NCBI GenBank assembly: GCA_051294375.1
Contig: CM119263.1
Location: 13,127,163-13,191,162 of the forward strand
Source: Paraspadella gotoi
Taxonomy: Eukaryota > Animalia > Chaetognatha
Reading direction: 5' to 3'
DNA length: 64,000 nucleotides
The position numbers and the translations under genes are program-made. Of the stretch, positions 22,301 to 37,300 are shown piece by piece (within the stretch, counting starts at the first letter, position 1; each line of letters opens with the position of its first letter). The notes beneath the pieces were generated by a model, which was not told the DNA's origin, did no database searches, and saw nothing but the letters and a program-made list of their open reading frames with translations.

Positions 22301-25300
22301 TGACTAAAAAATACTGAAAATAAACACGGTGTTTATTCTGATTTCTTTTTGAATTTTTTTTATTTTGCGGTATTTACTGTATGCAATGTTTCCGATTTTG
22401 TTGGGTATAGCCTATCTTTCAAGCACATAACGAAAAAAATCAATTGACGTCATATTAAAAAATTATAGCAATTAATTCTTTTTTTTTCCCAAATTTATCA
22501 TCAATTTTGTTTCTTACTGTTTTTGCCAAACATGCCCTTTATACTTATAAAAATAAAGATTAACTAATAAAACTACAATGTCTTAGGTAGGGATTAGCAG
22601 TATTCGACGAAATTTTTATTTCTCAATCGGCCGAAAAATAATAGGGAATTTGATACCAAAAAACAAGGCTTTTTGAAATATTTACAGTATGGAAAATACT
22701 GAAAAGAAAATTTTATTTTTTGAATATAGGTAGCGTAAGCGTAACTCTAACTAAAAACCGAAAAAGAATCTTTCAAATAAGAAAAATATTGGAATAGTAC
22801 AAAAAGCAATATTTCTTTTTATTGTAGCGCAATAGTCTTTATTTTTAACAAATTTCAAACATAAACCTAAAGACCCATTATTGATCCACAATTTCTGATA
22901 CTTTTACTAAATTTGGTCCACTGGGTTTTATGTTTAGTATCTTTGTTTCTTTTTATCTATGATTTGAGATTTATTTTCGGTATTCGTTTTTTCTTTGATT
23001 TTAAAGAATTAAAACCGAAAAATAATTGACTTAGAATCTGAGATTGCATAAAAATAAAAGAGAAAAGAAAAGGGAGGAAGGGGAAAGAGATAAGGGGATA
23101 AAGTGGCTTAGTTTTACGTCAATTTACGCCATTCTACGCCAAAGCATCTTAACTTAATAGTTTTATTTGGAAAATGGAAAAAAGTTTTTACGCCACAAAA
23201 TTAAATGATATTAATATGATTTTCTGTTCATTTTACGCCATTCTACGCCAAACCTATTTAAAAAAAGGTCAGAAAAATATTTAAAGTAACTTAACCGAGT
23301 AGTTTTTACTATAAAATAAACAAAAAGTCTTTACGCCACGGAATTAAATAATATTTATATGCTTTTTTGTTCATTTTACGCCATTCTACACCAAATCCGT
23401 ATAAAAAGAGGCCAGATAAATCTTTAAAACCACTTAACTGAATAGCTTTTACAAGAAAACAATCAGAAAGTCTTTACGCCACATCATGATATCATATTAA
23501 ACGGTTCTACCTTCATTTCACGCCATTTTACGCCACAATTCTTTTCAAAATTTATATATAAACATTTACAATTATTTAACTTTATATATTTTAACATTTT
23601 TTTTTAAAAATTCATTAACGCCACATATGTAATTAGGAAATAATACGTTTTGGCGTAGTTTTTATGCCACCAGCGCCAACAAACACGTAAAAAAAAAGAA
23701 ATCAAATCTGAATCCAATACTACTATGTATTTTTAATTAGAAAAAAGCGTTTTCAAAAATTTTTGTTGAATATCCTTGACAGCAGTAAGGAGGCAGAAAC
23801 GTTACTCCAAATTGACGTAAATCAGTTGGCGTAAATCAAATATTTAAAAGTCAAACTTGGAATTAACGATTAAAGTACACTTCGTTAGGCTTAATATAAG
23901 GTTTAAAACCATCGAATGAAGAAAATTAGTATTTCTAAAGTTTTTGTGCAATACCCTATCTTAGGTACATTTCGTTGCCCGAACAAAGAAAATTCATTTA
24001 TATCATAGTCTCTATATGGAGACTTGAAATACCTGATAAAGGCCTTGTATTATAATAAAAAATGAAAACAACAATTTAACCATACAGCTACATGCATTAG
24101 CGTGTTATTAAAAGATTTTAGTGGTTTTTTTAATAAAAAATTGTTTATAATAATATAGCTAATTGGCAATATGCAAAGGTTTTAATTTGCACCTGAAGAT
24201 GACCACAATTTAAAAATCTTATAATACAGTCTTTTAGCTCTATGTCAGTAGTTTTTAAATCAGGGTGAACAAAATTTGAACTCCTAAATTTTCATATTCT
24301 TTTCAACAAAATGATAATTTATTATCCTTAGTAATTATATAAACTTTTGAGGTATAGAAAATGTTTGTTTACATCAGAAACATAATTCAATCTTTTCTCT
24401 TTCAGAATCTATATTTTTTTAATTTTTTTAAACACGGCCAAGTATGTTTAATTTATTTTCAAAAGTTGTTATACTTTTGACTAAGATTCTGCTCCAGATT
24501 AAAAAGAAATCCTTTAAAACATTTGATAAAAATTATATGGAAAAGATGCGCTATAATTAGGGCTTTAAAATGATACCAGTCCCATCGTTCTATCATCTTT
24601 GGTTCAAAAGATATCAAAGATAATCAATTTTTTTATTACCAATTAAATCACTCGGCCGAAGCTAAAAATTTAAGTTGTACCAAAAAGAAAATTTAACGAA
24701 CGCAGATTTGTTTTAAAAATTGGGCGTGGAAAATGATAATTTTTTGTAGATTATTTTTTAACGCGTGAAGCGATTGATTTGAAATGTTACATCAACAATA
24801 TTGACATCATTTCCTTTCAGTAAATGTAAAAATATTTAAAATAAAATTATAAACGACCAGGTAGCTTGCCTATCTAAACAAAGTGAATTATAAAGCCAAA
24901 ACCTGCAATAAGTAGATCCGGTTATAAACTTGATTTCTTTTTTAGGAAGGTGATACTTATACACTTTTTCATATAATTTTGATGCTTATTGGTGATTCCA
25001 TTGTTTTTATTTTGCTATCATTTTACCTAGAAGAAGTCAACCCTGGAACTTTTGGGGTTAAAAAGCATCCTTGCTTTTGCTTTTTATGTAAAAATTGTCG
25101 TAAATATCGGCATATGAAACGAAGAGATATTCCATTTAATAATTTGTTAGAAAATGATTATTATGAACCAGTTGATCCTATGTTAAAATATAAAATTGGC
25201 ATAGCGATCAGAAATCTTGTAAAAGAATATGGTACAAAACGTGGAACTCAAACTATAAAGAAATTAGCATTGAAGGGAATATCACTGGATATGTATGAAG

Positions 25301-28300
25301 ATGAAATTTTCGTATTACTTGGTCATAATGGAGGTAAAAAACCTTTCTATTATTTGAACATAGCGGTAATCAGCTAAAGAGATGATAATTCAGAATAATT
25401 CTTTGTGATCTCTACAGACTTGTTGATAAATCTATGAAAATATATAAAAATCAACTGATCAATAAGTCAAAGAACATGTGGCTGCGCCAATACATGTAAA
25501 TCACTTTCAACGGATTAGACTGAACGGTTACTGCAGCACAAATAATATTTTATAATTTAAAAAATTATCAATAAATATAGTTAGTTTTTACTTTCTTTTT
25601 GGGGGAGGGGATCAGCTCACTTTGAGCTTCTTTTATCTAATTTCAAAACAAAATTTCACTTTCACTCTATTTCACTAATTAGTATACTGTACAAGTTTTG
25701 TATATATAAAGTAATTTCATTTTTCCTGTTTATTTTAGCAGTTTTTTTAATTAGTTATACATTGTTTATTCTCTTTTTTCCAAAGTGCTAAAAAATTGAA
25801 AAAAATATCACTTTTTAAACCTTAATAAACAGGAATGGTAATTCCAATGTGTTGCGCCGAGGTGACTCTATTTTCACGTGTATTTCCCTTTGCTCATATG
25901 AAATTATATGACATGACATGACTAAAAAACTTTCTTTGCCTGTGTATTTATGAAATGCACTACATCAAAATTTCATCTTTTATTCCTTTTAGTTTTAGGA
26001 ATTCCTGAAGGTGACGCTAACAGTCCCTTAGATTTAAGGTTTTACGAACAACCAACTATAGGCAAATTATATGCATTTTTACTGTAAGTGGGACAGAATG
26101 ACAGAAAGACATACCGACTGACCGACCGACCCAAAAACAGTATTGACAAAATCAAAAGCAGTAACAGTGTAAAAGAAAACGGTAAAAACTTATAATAACT
26201 TATAACAAGTAAAAAACCTCGTTTAAGAATTTGATCGGGAATAGGGGTAACTAAAGCTTACGAATGGCATCCTCTATGCCAATCGTTCTCTCAAATAATT
26301 TTTAGTCGGTATGTCAGTCCACCCCTCAATTTTGTCAGGCATTCACTTATATCATGTCAGAACATCAAATTATGATGTCCGTCCGTCGGTCTCTCCGTCC
26401 GTCCGTCTGTCTGTCCGTCCATCCGTCCCACCTTCGCAAAAAACTCCAATTACTCGTGATTGGATGGATATATTGGAATAAATTTAAATTAATAAATTTT
26501 GTGTGTGGGTAGGGAAGTGTGTGATTGAGCTGGATATAAAGTTTCAATGGAATCGTGCCAGTGAAAATGAGTTTAAATGGAAAAAACAAAAAATATATTT
26601 TACTATTTTAACGCCAATTACTCATGAGTGGATGGGGCAATTGGCTTGAAATTTTGTATGTCGATAGGAAAGTATGTGATTAAACTGGAGATTAAGTTTC
26701 GATGGAATCGTCTGAGTGAAAATGAGTTTAAATGGAAAAAAAACATAAAACCTGTTTCACTAATTGATTATGCTTCTATTTTTTTTATATTAAATGTAAA
26801 TGCAAGATGTATTAATTAATCAAAAAATTAATCAGTTAATTACTTAATTAATTAATAATTAGTTAATCGGTCTATCAATTAATTATTCAATCAAAATACC
26901 TAAAAACAAACATTTCGGATCAAATTAATGAATTGATTAATTAATTACCGCTAATGTTTGTGGGCAGATCCGACCTTGTTTGCTCATACTTGTTTATACT
27001 ATTTAATATTTTTGAAAGGAGGAAAAAAGAAAATTCGGAATTCAGGTGGCATGAAGGGTACAGATAATCTGGACATAGATACTTGATAATCATGACCTTT
27101 TATGTCTTGCGTAATAAGGGCAATAAAGAATACCACAATATTCAATCATTAAGTCAGTCAATGAACCCTTTCGAATAGGCTATTAAGCGAAATTTATGAG
27201 TAAAGAAAAAAAATTAATTAATTTTAATGGTTATTTCATTTTTTATATGAACCCAGTTTCATCTAGGTTCACCCCGCATATAAGCATGTCGTGACCCACT
27301 GGCTCATGTGTAAACCCATCAGTTCGTGACCACTTGGTAGCGAAGTCAATCCCAGCCCGCTACCTACACTGCGGGAAAGCGTGTGGACGGTCCTAAGCCG
27401 CCTTGGGAGCGTAGAAAACCCTCATGTCTGTTTCCAAGCCCAGGACCCAATCCAGTGCTGCTGCGGTGGCATAGAAGTTATCATTTTTTATGAAACTTTT
27501 ATAAAATTAGAAAATAATGAATTTAAAAAATTTCCATCCAATGAAAAATAGTAATCATTTTTTGGTGTCACTAACGAACGGACTTAGGGAAACTATTTTT
27601 TTTTTTTCAGCTGGAAAGTCCACCACAATGAACATAATTTGTGGATATTACACTCAAACCTCCGGTAATGTGTGGGTAAACGGATTGAATACAAAACAGG
27701 ATATTCAACTAATACGCGAGAATATGACATTCTGCCCTCAACATGATGTATTATTTGACGAGCTCACAGTAGAAGAACACTTAAGGTAAAACTAAATTAA
27801 ATAATAAAATTCAAAGCAATTCTACTATCCCGACATATTTAAAACAAAGACAAGTGAAGCAAATATTTGAATCAAAAATAATCCTTAAACTTGAGAACTA
27901 TTTTCGCTCATAAAAAATGTTAAGAAAAAAAATCAAAGAATACAACAAAAACTTTTTTCTGTTTTCGATGTTGTCTTCTTCCTCTTGGAATTTTCGGCAA
28001 ATTTTCGGCAAATTTTCGGCAAGTTTTGGGCCCCCGCTTTTGTCCGAATTACTTGAGATCGCTAAACTTAAAATATTTGTATTCATAAACTTATCTCTAA
28101 AAAAAAATTATTTTTAGATTTTTTGGATCTTTGCAAAATATATCCATTGAAAATTTACAGAAAAAAATGACTGAACTTTTTCAAGATTTAAGAATGGAAG
28201 ATAAGCGAGACACAAAAACGAAAAAATTATCTGGAGGAACAAAAAGAAAAACTTGTATGGCGATTGCTCTAATTGGTATGATAAAATTTGCAAATGTTAC

Positions 28301-31300
28301 AAATGTTCTTTTACCTCAAGAATTCTCTTAAATAAGATATATATATAATATATATACATGTATTTGAATTCATTATAAATATTCTAATTACTTTTGTTTG
28401 AGCTGCCTCGGTTTCTTTCACATTGTTTAGGTGATGCAAAAATTTCAATATTAGATGAACCTACTTCAGGGGTTGATGTAACAGCTCGACACCACATATG
28501 GAAAGTAATTGAAAAGGCGAAGAAAGGTAAAATTTAAAATAGTACAGTCAAATAGCTTTATAATATGTAATTTTCCAGAGGGGTAATATTTTAAAAAAAA
28601 GTTTTTAAGAAATATTTTATAAAGAAAAAAATTATCAAATATTTGTCGACTTTTGGAACAGAAAGAATCCATTCATGAAACTAGTCACATTCCATAAAAG
28701 AGACCTTGGAGAGTTCCCTTGGCTAATATAAATTTTTTTTTCCTGGCCATTTTTTTAATAATTTTTTGTTCAAAGGGAACCCTCAAGGTTTCTTTAATGT
28801 TACTAGTTTCAAGAATGGGTTCTTTCTGTTCAAAAAGTCGACAAATGATAATAAAAATGATAATAAAAATGGTTAAACTTTAAACAAACAAAAAAACCAT
28901 AAGATGCTGCTATATTGTGCATATATATTTTTTTCTATTTTTGAATTCTTTTTGGTCAGTCGTTTTAATGAAAAACAAGTTTGAGCAAACAATGTCGGAT
29001 CTGCCCACGATCATTATCGGTAATTAATTCATTATTAATTAAATAATTCAAGTTAATTAATTAATTAGGCAATTAATTAATTAATTTGATCCCAAATGTT
29101 TGTTTTTAGGTCTTTTCGTCACTAACCACGATAAAAGCAATGACGACGATGAGAATAATGTTGATAACAATTGACTTGATTGATTGACTGATTAATTAAT
29201 TATTGATTAATTAATTGACTAATTGATTAATTAATTGATTAATTATTTGATTTATTAATACATCCTGCATTTACATTTAATATAAAAGGAAAAGGAAGCA
29301 TAATCAATTAGTGAAACAAGTTTTTTGTTTTTTTCCATTTAAACTCAATTCTACTCCAACTATTCCATCGAAACTTGATTTCCAGTTTAATCACACAACT
29401 TTCTACCCAAATACAAAATTTCAAGTCAATTGCAACATCCACTCATGAGTAATTGGTGTTCAAATAGTGAAATATATATATATATTTTCTATTTAAACTC
29501 ATTTCCACTTGAAGGATTCCATCGAAACTTCATATACAGCTCAATCACACACTTCTCTACCCACACACAAAATTTCATTCTAATTCATCCATCCAATCAC
29601 GAGTAATTGGTGTTTTTTGCTAAGGTGGGACGGACAGACGGACATCGTTTTTTTTGCATAATTTATCATAATTCGATGTTCTGACATGATATAAGTGAGT
29701 GCCCGACAATATTGAGGGGGCGGATCGACGGACCGACAAAGTGAATTATAGAGTCGGGACTAAAAAATCTTAAAAGTATATGGATCTCGCCAGCCGGTAC
29801 TATCAAAGAAAATTACTGAAAAAATCCGGGACAAAAAACGAATGATTGATGCGATAACAAATTATTGATGTAATAGTAATTGATTGATGTAATAGTAATT
29901 GATTGATGTAATAGTAATTTATTGATGCGATGATAACCAATTATTGATGCGATGATAACCAAATATTAATAGGATGATAACCAAATATTGATGTGATGAT
30001 AACAAAAAATTGATGCGATGATAACCAATAATTGATACGGTGATAACCAAATAATTGAATCGATGATAACCAAATATTGATGCGATGATAACCAAATATT
30101 GATGTGATGATAACCAATAATTGCTGCGATGATAACCAATAATTGATGTGATGATAACCAAATGATTGATGTGATGATAACCAAATGATTGATGCAATGA
30201 TAGTCATTCATTGATTCGATGATAATCATTCATTGATGCGATGATAGTTATTAATTGACGCGATGAATCATTCATCGTAAATAAAACAAACAAATGCATG
30301 TATGAGATAAAGAGAGAGAGAAAAAGAAAAAAAAAAGTCCAGCCACTGCAGAGCTGAAATAGTTTTTAAACGAATCAGAAAAAGCAGTGCCTGACAAAAA
30401 AATATATATATATTTATATATATATGTATTTATATATATAATTTAAAAAAAAAAGAAAAACAGAAAAAATGTTACAATTATTTACAATTTGAAGTTGTTA
30501 CAGTTTTTTTAATTGGAAGTTGTAAAAGTATGAATTTTTATTTGTATTAAAATTTACCATGATGGAAAAAAAATTGTCGCGGTTTGGAAAAGTTGGTTAA
30601 TTTCATTGTCATATATATTTTTAGCCGTTAAATAGGTTTTAATATGTAATATGACCTCCATAGGACTGAATAAAAATATTATTTCTAAACAGCATAACAT
30701 TTTTTGTTGCATACACTTACTTCTAAAAGAGGTTGTTTTTAACTGTTTTCACCTTTTTTTGATTAAAGGAACTATTTATATTACTATTAATATTATATCT
30801 TTGATATTAGGAAATGTTTATTGATGTGCCAATACAACGATTTTTATTATTAATAGTACATGTTTCGACTCTGCTGGTTTGAGTCTTCATCAGCTTTGAA
30901 AAAGATTAACAAAAATGCTCTACACATTAAGTTAGAGAGAGTGAGAGTGAGTGAGAGAGATTGAGGGAGAGTTTCCAACAAAGGGCTGAGTAAAGGACAG
31001 TGGCCAGATGAGAGGACAGGTGAAGGTAAGAACAGAGAAGAAGAAGATAGTTTTGAAATGGTGAAAAGTGAAAGAGAGAGAGAGAGAAATAATTAATTAC
31101 ATTTGACAATGTACAACAAAGATAATTTTAGAAAACTTAGAAATAAGCTGAGATTTTTAATTAACAAAAGTTAAATAAGTAATAATGAAAATTGAAATGG
31201 AGAAATAGGTGGTGAGGGATAGATAAGTTAATAGTTAAGTGAAATATATAAGAGAAGAAAGAGCTCAAAAAATGAGCTGGCCCCCCCCCGGGTGGACAAA

Positions 31301-34300
31301 GGTGGGACGCTGACGATGTGATCGGGTCATTGGATTGTCATAGACTGAGAAGATATTCTTGTAGAGTGGGATATCATGGGGTCAGGTAAAGACCCGGCTG
31401 GGAAAATACCAAGTGCCACTCTAATATCTCTTTGGCCTGATAAGCCTGCCGAAGGCCCTCTCACCTAACGGTGAGGTTGGCGGTTGCCTGTTCTTGCCTG
31501 TTTCGGTGCAGGAGATACAGACTCCTCTCCCTCCTCCTGTAGCCGTCGTTTTGGGCGGCGCCTGGCGTTCAGAGAGTCACGCCAAGTTGCTACAGGTTCG
31601 GGAGAGGTATCGGACGTCCATTGCCTGCCGGGAGGCCTCCGACTGACCCGTTGAGTTGGGACAGGGTAATCACCGTGCGGCTGGGGTGGCATTGGGTGTT
31701 CCACCACCAGTTTGATTAGCGAATCATAGCTTGGAGGGAGATCGAATCATCCTCCATCACAGTTCAAAGAAGGTTCGAGGGCTTTGATGTAAACAGCCTC
31801 TCTAATACCTCTTGAGAACCAATTTTGGTCATGGGACAGCACGAGGCAGTCGGACTCTCTAAACAGATGGCCAGAAGATGCCGAATGCTCAGCAATAGCC
31901 GATAAGAAGTGACCTCGTGTGTCACGATACGGCTTTATGTGCTGTTTGAACCGATCTGAGAGAGACATAAACATTTCCTAATATTCACTTAGCAATGAAA
32001 AGAGAGAAAATAATACTATATCTTTGATATAATATTTTTTATCAAAAAGTAAACCAGGCTTGAGTTGTTGCTGCATAATGTGATGATGCATTGCCTTTCC
32101 CTTCCACAAAATTTTTGATTTTTCTTTTTTTTGGACTTGTTTGATACTTCGTTCTGATAATACATCTAGAGACTAGAGGTAAATAAAAATGATAACTTTG
32201 TTCATAGAAAGGTTACCCGGAGCCTTATAACTTTTATTGATACTTAACAATATAAAAAAAATTCTGGAGCATCTACAGCATCAATGTATTTTTAATATAA
32301 CTTTTTTAACATAAATTAAGATTCATCCTTAATCTGAAAAAACTTTTAATTGACCAAAATTTTCTAAAATGACGAGAAGCACTAGTAATTAATTTTTTAA
32401 TATTTATTTATAAATAGAAAATGTCAAAAATATTTTTGGCATTTTGTATTTTTAAAAGCAGTTTCAGATTGCTTGTAAAAAGTTGTTTGCATAAAGTATA
32501 ATTATTTTTTCAATATTTTGATGATAAGTGGGTCAAAATTGGGAAAAACCTGAAAAAATCATCCTCATCATCATCATCCGATAATTTTAGTAGTTTTTGC
32601 TCATTTTCATTGACAAAACATCAAAATTTTAAAAAGTTGTAATTGTGTATAAACTATCAATTTCGTTGCGTTTTGAATTTAGGAGAAAAACAATTTGTTT
32701 TTAACAACGAATTGTATTATTGGTAATACATCAGTTATGATGAAGACTCTAAAACTCAAGAGTCGAAACATGTATTACCAATAATACAATTCGTTGTTAA
32801 AAACAAATTGTTTTTCTCCTAAAAGTTGTAATTATATTTTTTGCCTAACTTTTTTCTACGTTATATATCAAAATAATAATTTTAATTAGCAAATTACTAA
32901 TGGTTCAAAACATTTTTGCAAAAAAATATTTTAACACAATAACTAATACCAATAATGGATTCGTTTAATACTGTTCCCATTAAAATTTGAATTTAGTCGG
33001 CTACCGCATGATGGTAAAAAAGCGTGACGCCGATAACGACGACGACGACGACACAAAGTAGCCTTGCCTTCCCTTTAAAAACCAATTTTTTCCTAAAGGA
33101 CGAACAATACTGTTATCTACTCACTTTATGGATGAAGCTGAGGCTTTGTCTGACCGAGTAGCAATAATGGCTGCTGGACTTATAAATTGCTGCGGATCGC
33201 CAGCATTTTTAAAAAAGAAATTTGGAGTTGGATACCAATTGACAATAGTTAAAGGTATTTATTATAAAATCCAACTGTTAATCACCTATTTTAACAACTA
33301 GGTAATTTTACAGGCTCAAATTGCAATCACCACGCTGTTGGAGAAATTATTACAAAGTTTGTACCTGGATCAACCCTTGAGCGCAATGTGGCGGGGGAGA
33401 TATCTTATCTCCTTCCTAAAGAAAATCCTCAAATGTTTCCAGGTTAAGTTCCGCACTGTAAAAAAAAAATTTCTGATGAAACACTCTTTCAAGAACTTTA
33501 AAAATGGATTCATCCGACCCAGCCATTATAATTTTACTGATCTTTTAAGGACTTTTCCAATATCTTGATACGCACAAAGATGAATTGGGTATAATTAGCT
33601 ATGGAGCATCAATGGATAGCATGGAAGAAGTTTACATTCGTGCTGGAGAATCTATGTTAGAAATGGACAGAGATGTTAACGTCAATATTCTAAATGATCA
33701 ACCTTCAAATGTAAATTATATGACAGAAATCCAAAGACTAAACCGTATCTCCACCATTTTATGACTGAAAATGTTGAAATACAATAAAATGAAAAAATCG
33801 TTTTGATCGCTCTCTTACTATAAACCCTAATGCTACATTTTGTAATTGATTTGTTTTTAATCTTTAGGGAGATTAAAGAACAAAATTTTCATGGTCATCA
33901 TTATGATTATAGTTTGTTTCATTATTTTATTTATTTATAAGGTTTGGACTCATGAAGATTCAAGTAAAATATCTCTTCTTCGTCCTTCATCGAAATTTAC
34001 TAGAAAAGAAACAGATCGAATGGGAATCACATTAGAAAGATTTCAGGAACAAAAACCTGCACAAATTGAAACTGACGTCATACCTCGTCGAATCATTTGC
34101 CTACATTTGAAGGTGAATTACAAATAAAAGTTTAAACCATTCATAATTCTCTAAATATGTGGGGGCTATCCACACTCACAGAGATACATGGTGACCTCCC
34201 TCCTCTCGGTCACTTCACATCTCAAATAAAATTTCTGATACCTCTACATTAAAGCATAGTAATTTAAAAAAAAATAAAATAGAATCTAAATTCGAAAAGT

Positions 34301-37300
34301 GAATCATTAATAATCTTGTAACATACAGATATTCCCTCTAATTCCAGAAGATAACACTAATACCCCTCAAATTAATTAATTTATTAATTAAATTATTATT
34401 TTAGTTTATATAGTTTGTATTAATTAATTAATTTATTGATTAAATTATTATTTTAGTTTATATAATTTGTATTAATTAATTAATTACCGCTAATGATCGT
34501 GGGCAGATCCGACATTGTTTGCTCAAACTTGTTTTTTCAAAAATCAACTTTTTCTATTCCAAATTTTTTATGATACATATATACAATGCCGTCGGTCCAT
34601 CCCCTAATCTTGTCGGTCTTTTGCTGAGATCATGTCGGAACATCAAATTTTGATAAATTATGCAAAAAAAAAAGATGTCCATCTGTCTGTCTGTCTTTCT
34701 GTAGGTCCGTCCGTCCATCCGTCTGTCACCTCTTAGCAATGAACGCCAATTACTTATGAGTGGATAAGGCGATTTACTTGAAATTTTGTGTGTGGATAAA
34801 GAAGTGTATGATTGAGCTGGAAATAAAGTTTTGATGGAATCGTCCGAGTGGAAATGAGTTTAAATGGAAAATATAAAAAAGCTGCTTCACTATCTGATTA
34901 TGCTTTTTATTTTTTATTAAATGTAAAAGAAAACTTTAATAATTAATTAGTTTATTAAATAGTTAATTGATTAATTAATTAGTTACTGATCATCTGCTTA
35001 CCGCTAATGATCGTGGGCATTTATATTTATTATGAAATAAAAAAAATAAATGAATTAATTATTTAAATATTAATTAATTAGTAATTAATTAATTATCTGA
35101 TCAGCTGCTTACCGCTAATGATCGTAGGCAGATCCGGCATTGTTTGCTCAAACTTGTTTAAATACATGCGAAAAACGCGCTCTATTGTTGTGGCGAATCC
35201 AGGCCTGATCACAATGTTGTTGTTCAGATGAACTACAACAACAATTACTACACCTTAATTCACAGACTATGCTTATCAAGCGAATTTTATCCTCATTTCG
35301 TAACTGGCGAATTATTTTGTTAGCTCTTATTATTCCCGTGGTAATGACAATAATGGGACTGACCATATGGCTCACAATGAAAGAAGAAACTCAACAATAT
35401 CCAGCTCTGGTTCTAGAAGCAAGTGAAATTCCTGGTCATTCAGAGGTGTATGTGTCTGGTCGATATCAAAATTTTGTACTAGCTGATAGTTTTTTAAACG
35501 TTATTCAATTTGCTCAAAAAGGAGGATCAAGACTCAAATTACATAATGTGTGAGTAAAAAACTGAAAATGATTTTAATCATATAAATTCTTCAAATGGAT
35601 AAATTTGAAATTTGATTTCAAAGTTTTATTCAATAAATTTTAATTAAAGTATTTTACCTGTTGTATTGTAAATAGTTTATTTTTTTACCAGATCAGCTAT
35701 CCCTCATGAGGATCCATCATTTTTATCAAATCCTCAGTGGAAACTCCTGTATAATTCCGAATATTCAGCTTTAGAAAGAGCGGTTTTAATTGACAAAGCT
35801 CATCAATTTACAAACTTGATCAATGTTCATTTGGGCGCTTCATTCACTTCTGTTGATGATTACTGCTACATTGAAAATACAGACTTATCCTATGTAAGCT
35901 AACACATCATAAAATTTTACTTTTTAACATGTTGTATGACGTTTTTAAGAACAAGATACCAAGTGTCTCAAGCGTACTGTCACTTTACAAATGAACGCTG
36001 TGTCAAATTAGTTAAAACATTTAACTCGAGTCGCCGATCCGATTTCGATTCTTGAGCTTGATTCCTCTGCGATGGAAATAAGCTACCATATTGTTGGAAT
36101 TGGGTATGCTTCAATTATAGCCTGCATCACCATTATAAATGGCTCCTATCGACTCAACCTTAAGGGGATAGTTTTCCTACCTTAAATAGTAGTTATTCCT
36201 ATTCCTAATAACCTTTTTTAATAATATAACATACTACTTGGGAACATTCATATATTTTAGTGGTGGTTTTAGGAAGAAAACCGGCGCAGAGCAAATTCAA
36301 CCAGTGTTACATTCTTCTCGATTGCATGAAAAAAAAATTAAAAAACCTATAACATCTGTAATTATTTTGTTGTATTATAAAATTAAATAATTATTTTCTA
36401 GTGAAATCTAATGATAATCCGGACTCTTTATATTTTTAAAAAATTGTTATGATTATAAAAATATATTGAGACTATAATTCTATTATCCTAAGGCTGCTAA
36501 AACGCTTGTACCACGATGCTGAATCCTATACAAATATATTTTATATTGAGCAAAATTTTTTCTAGCTGAAGTTGACAATTCACCCCCTTTAAAATTTTAG
36601 GGAAAATGGGCAAATGAGAACAATACGGTAAGAGCTTGTCGCAAATATTATTCTCTAAGAGGGCAGGATCCAGTGGCTCAAAAAGGATTAAGATGTAAGG
36701 AACGTTAAACAGGCATAAACTAGTATTTTTTAAAATTTTTAATGAAGTTTTTAATCTTAGGGCTTCAAGATCTGAAAAATCTATTATTTAATACTATGAA
36801 ACATGATGGAATTTCGACATTCAATGGAGATGATGAGTTCTCTGTGGCCTATTACTCTCCATTTAGTCTTCATTCTCCTGCAATCTCTCTTTCTGAGGTT
36901 AAAAAATTTCGTCTCCTTTTAAATTCCAATGCTTTACTGAAAAACCAATTTTTAATTGACTACAACAATGTCAAAATTATATCTATTAATTCTTTAATAA
37001 TGATATCATCACAGATGAATAAAAACCCGGAAACATAGAAAATGATATGATATATATTATTTTTAGGTTACAAAGGCTATTTTCAAAATGAATAATAATG
37101 GAGGGAAAGACAGGTTAGAAAATTTTTTAAGACTTGAAAGCAGTTTGTTCCTTTTGTTATACAGAAATGATAGATAATGAAATAATTGATTTTGTATATT
37201 GTCCTAAATTTAAACCCCAGTGTGATTGTGATTTATGGAAAAATAAATAAAGAGAAAGAAAGATACAAAGAAAGAGAAAGTGCTTAATAGATTCCTCCAT

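Noticed and set aside
27388-27400. cggtcctaagccg looks like twister P4/L4
   Set aside because: No TAA-P2 or GA-AGG partner was found, and the homologous copy does not keep the loop.
29919-30229. Three overlapping repetitive minus-strand ORFs
   Set aside because: Translations of the 21-bp minisatellite.
36601-36627. Possible 27-nt ABCA micro-exon (GKWANENNT)
   Set aside because: Splice signals look good, but the phase does not join the next exon as read; unresolved without RNA-seq.
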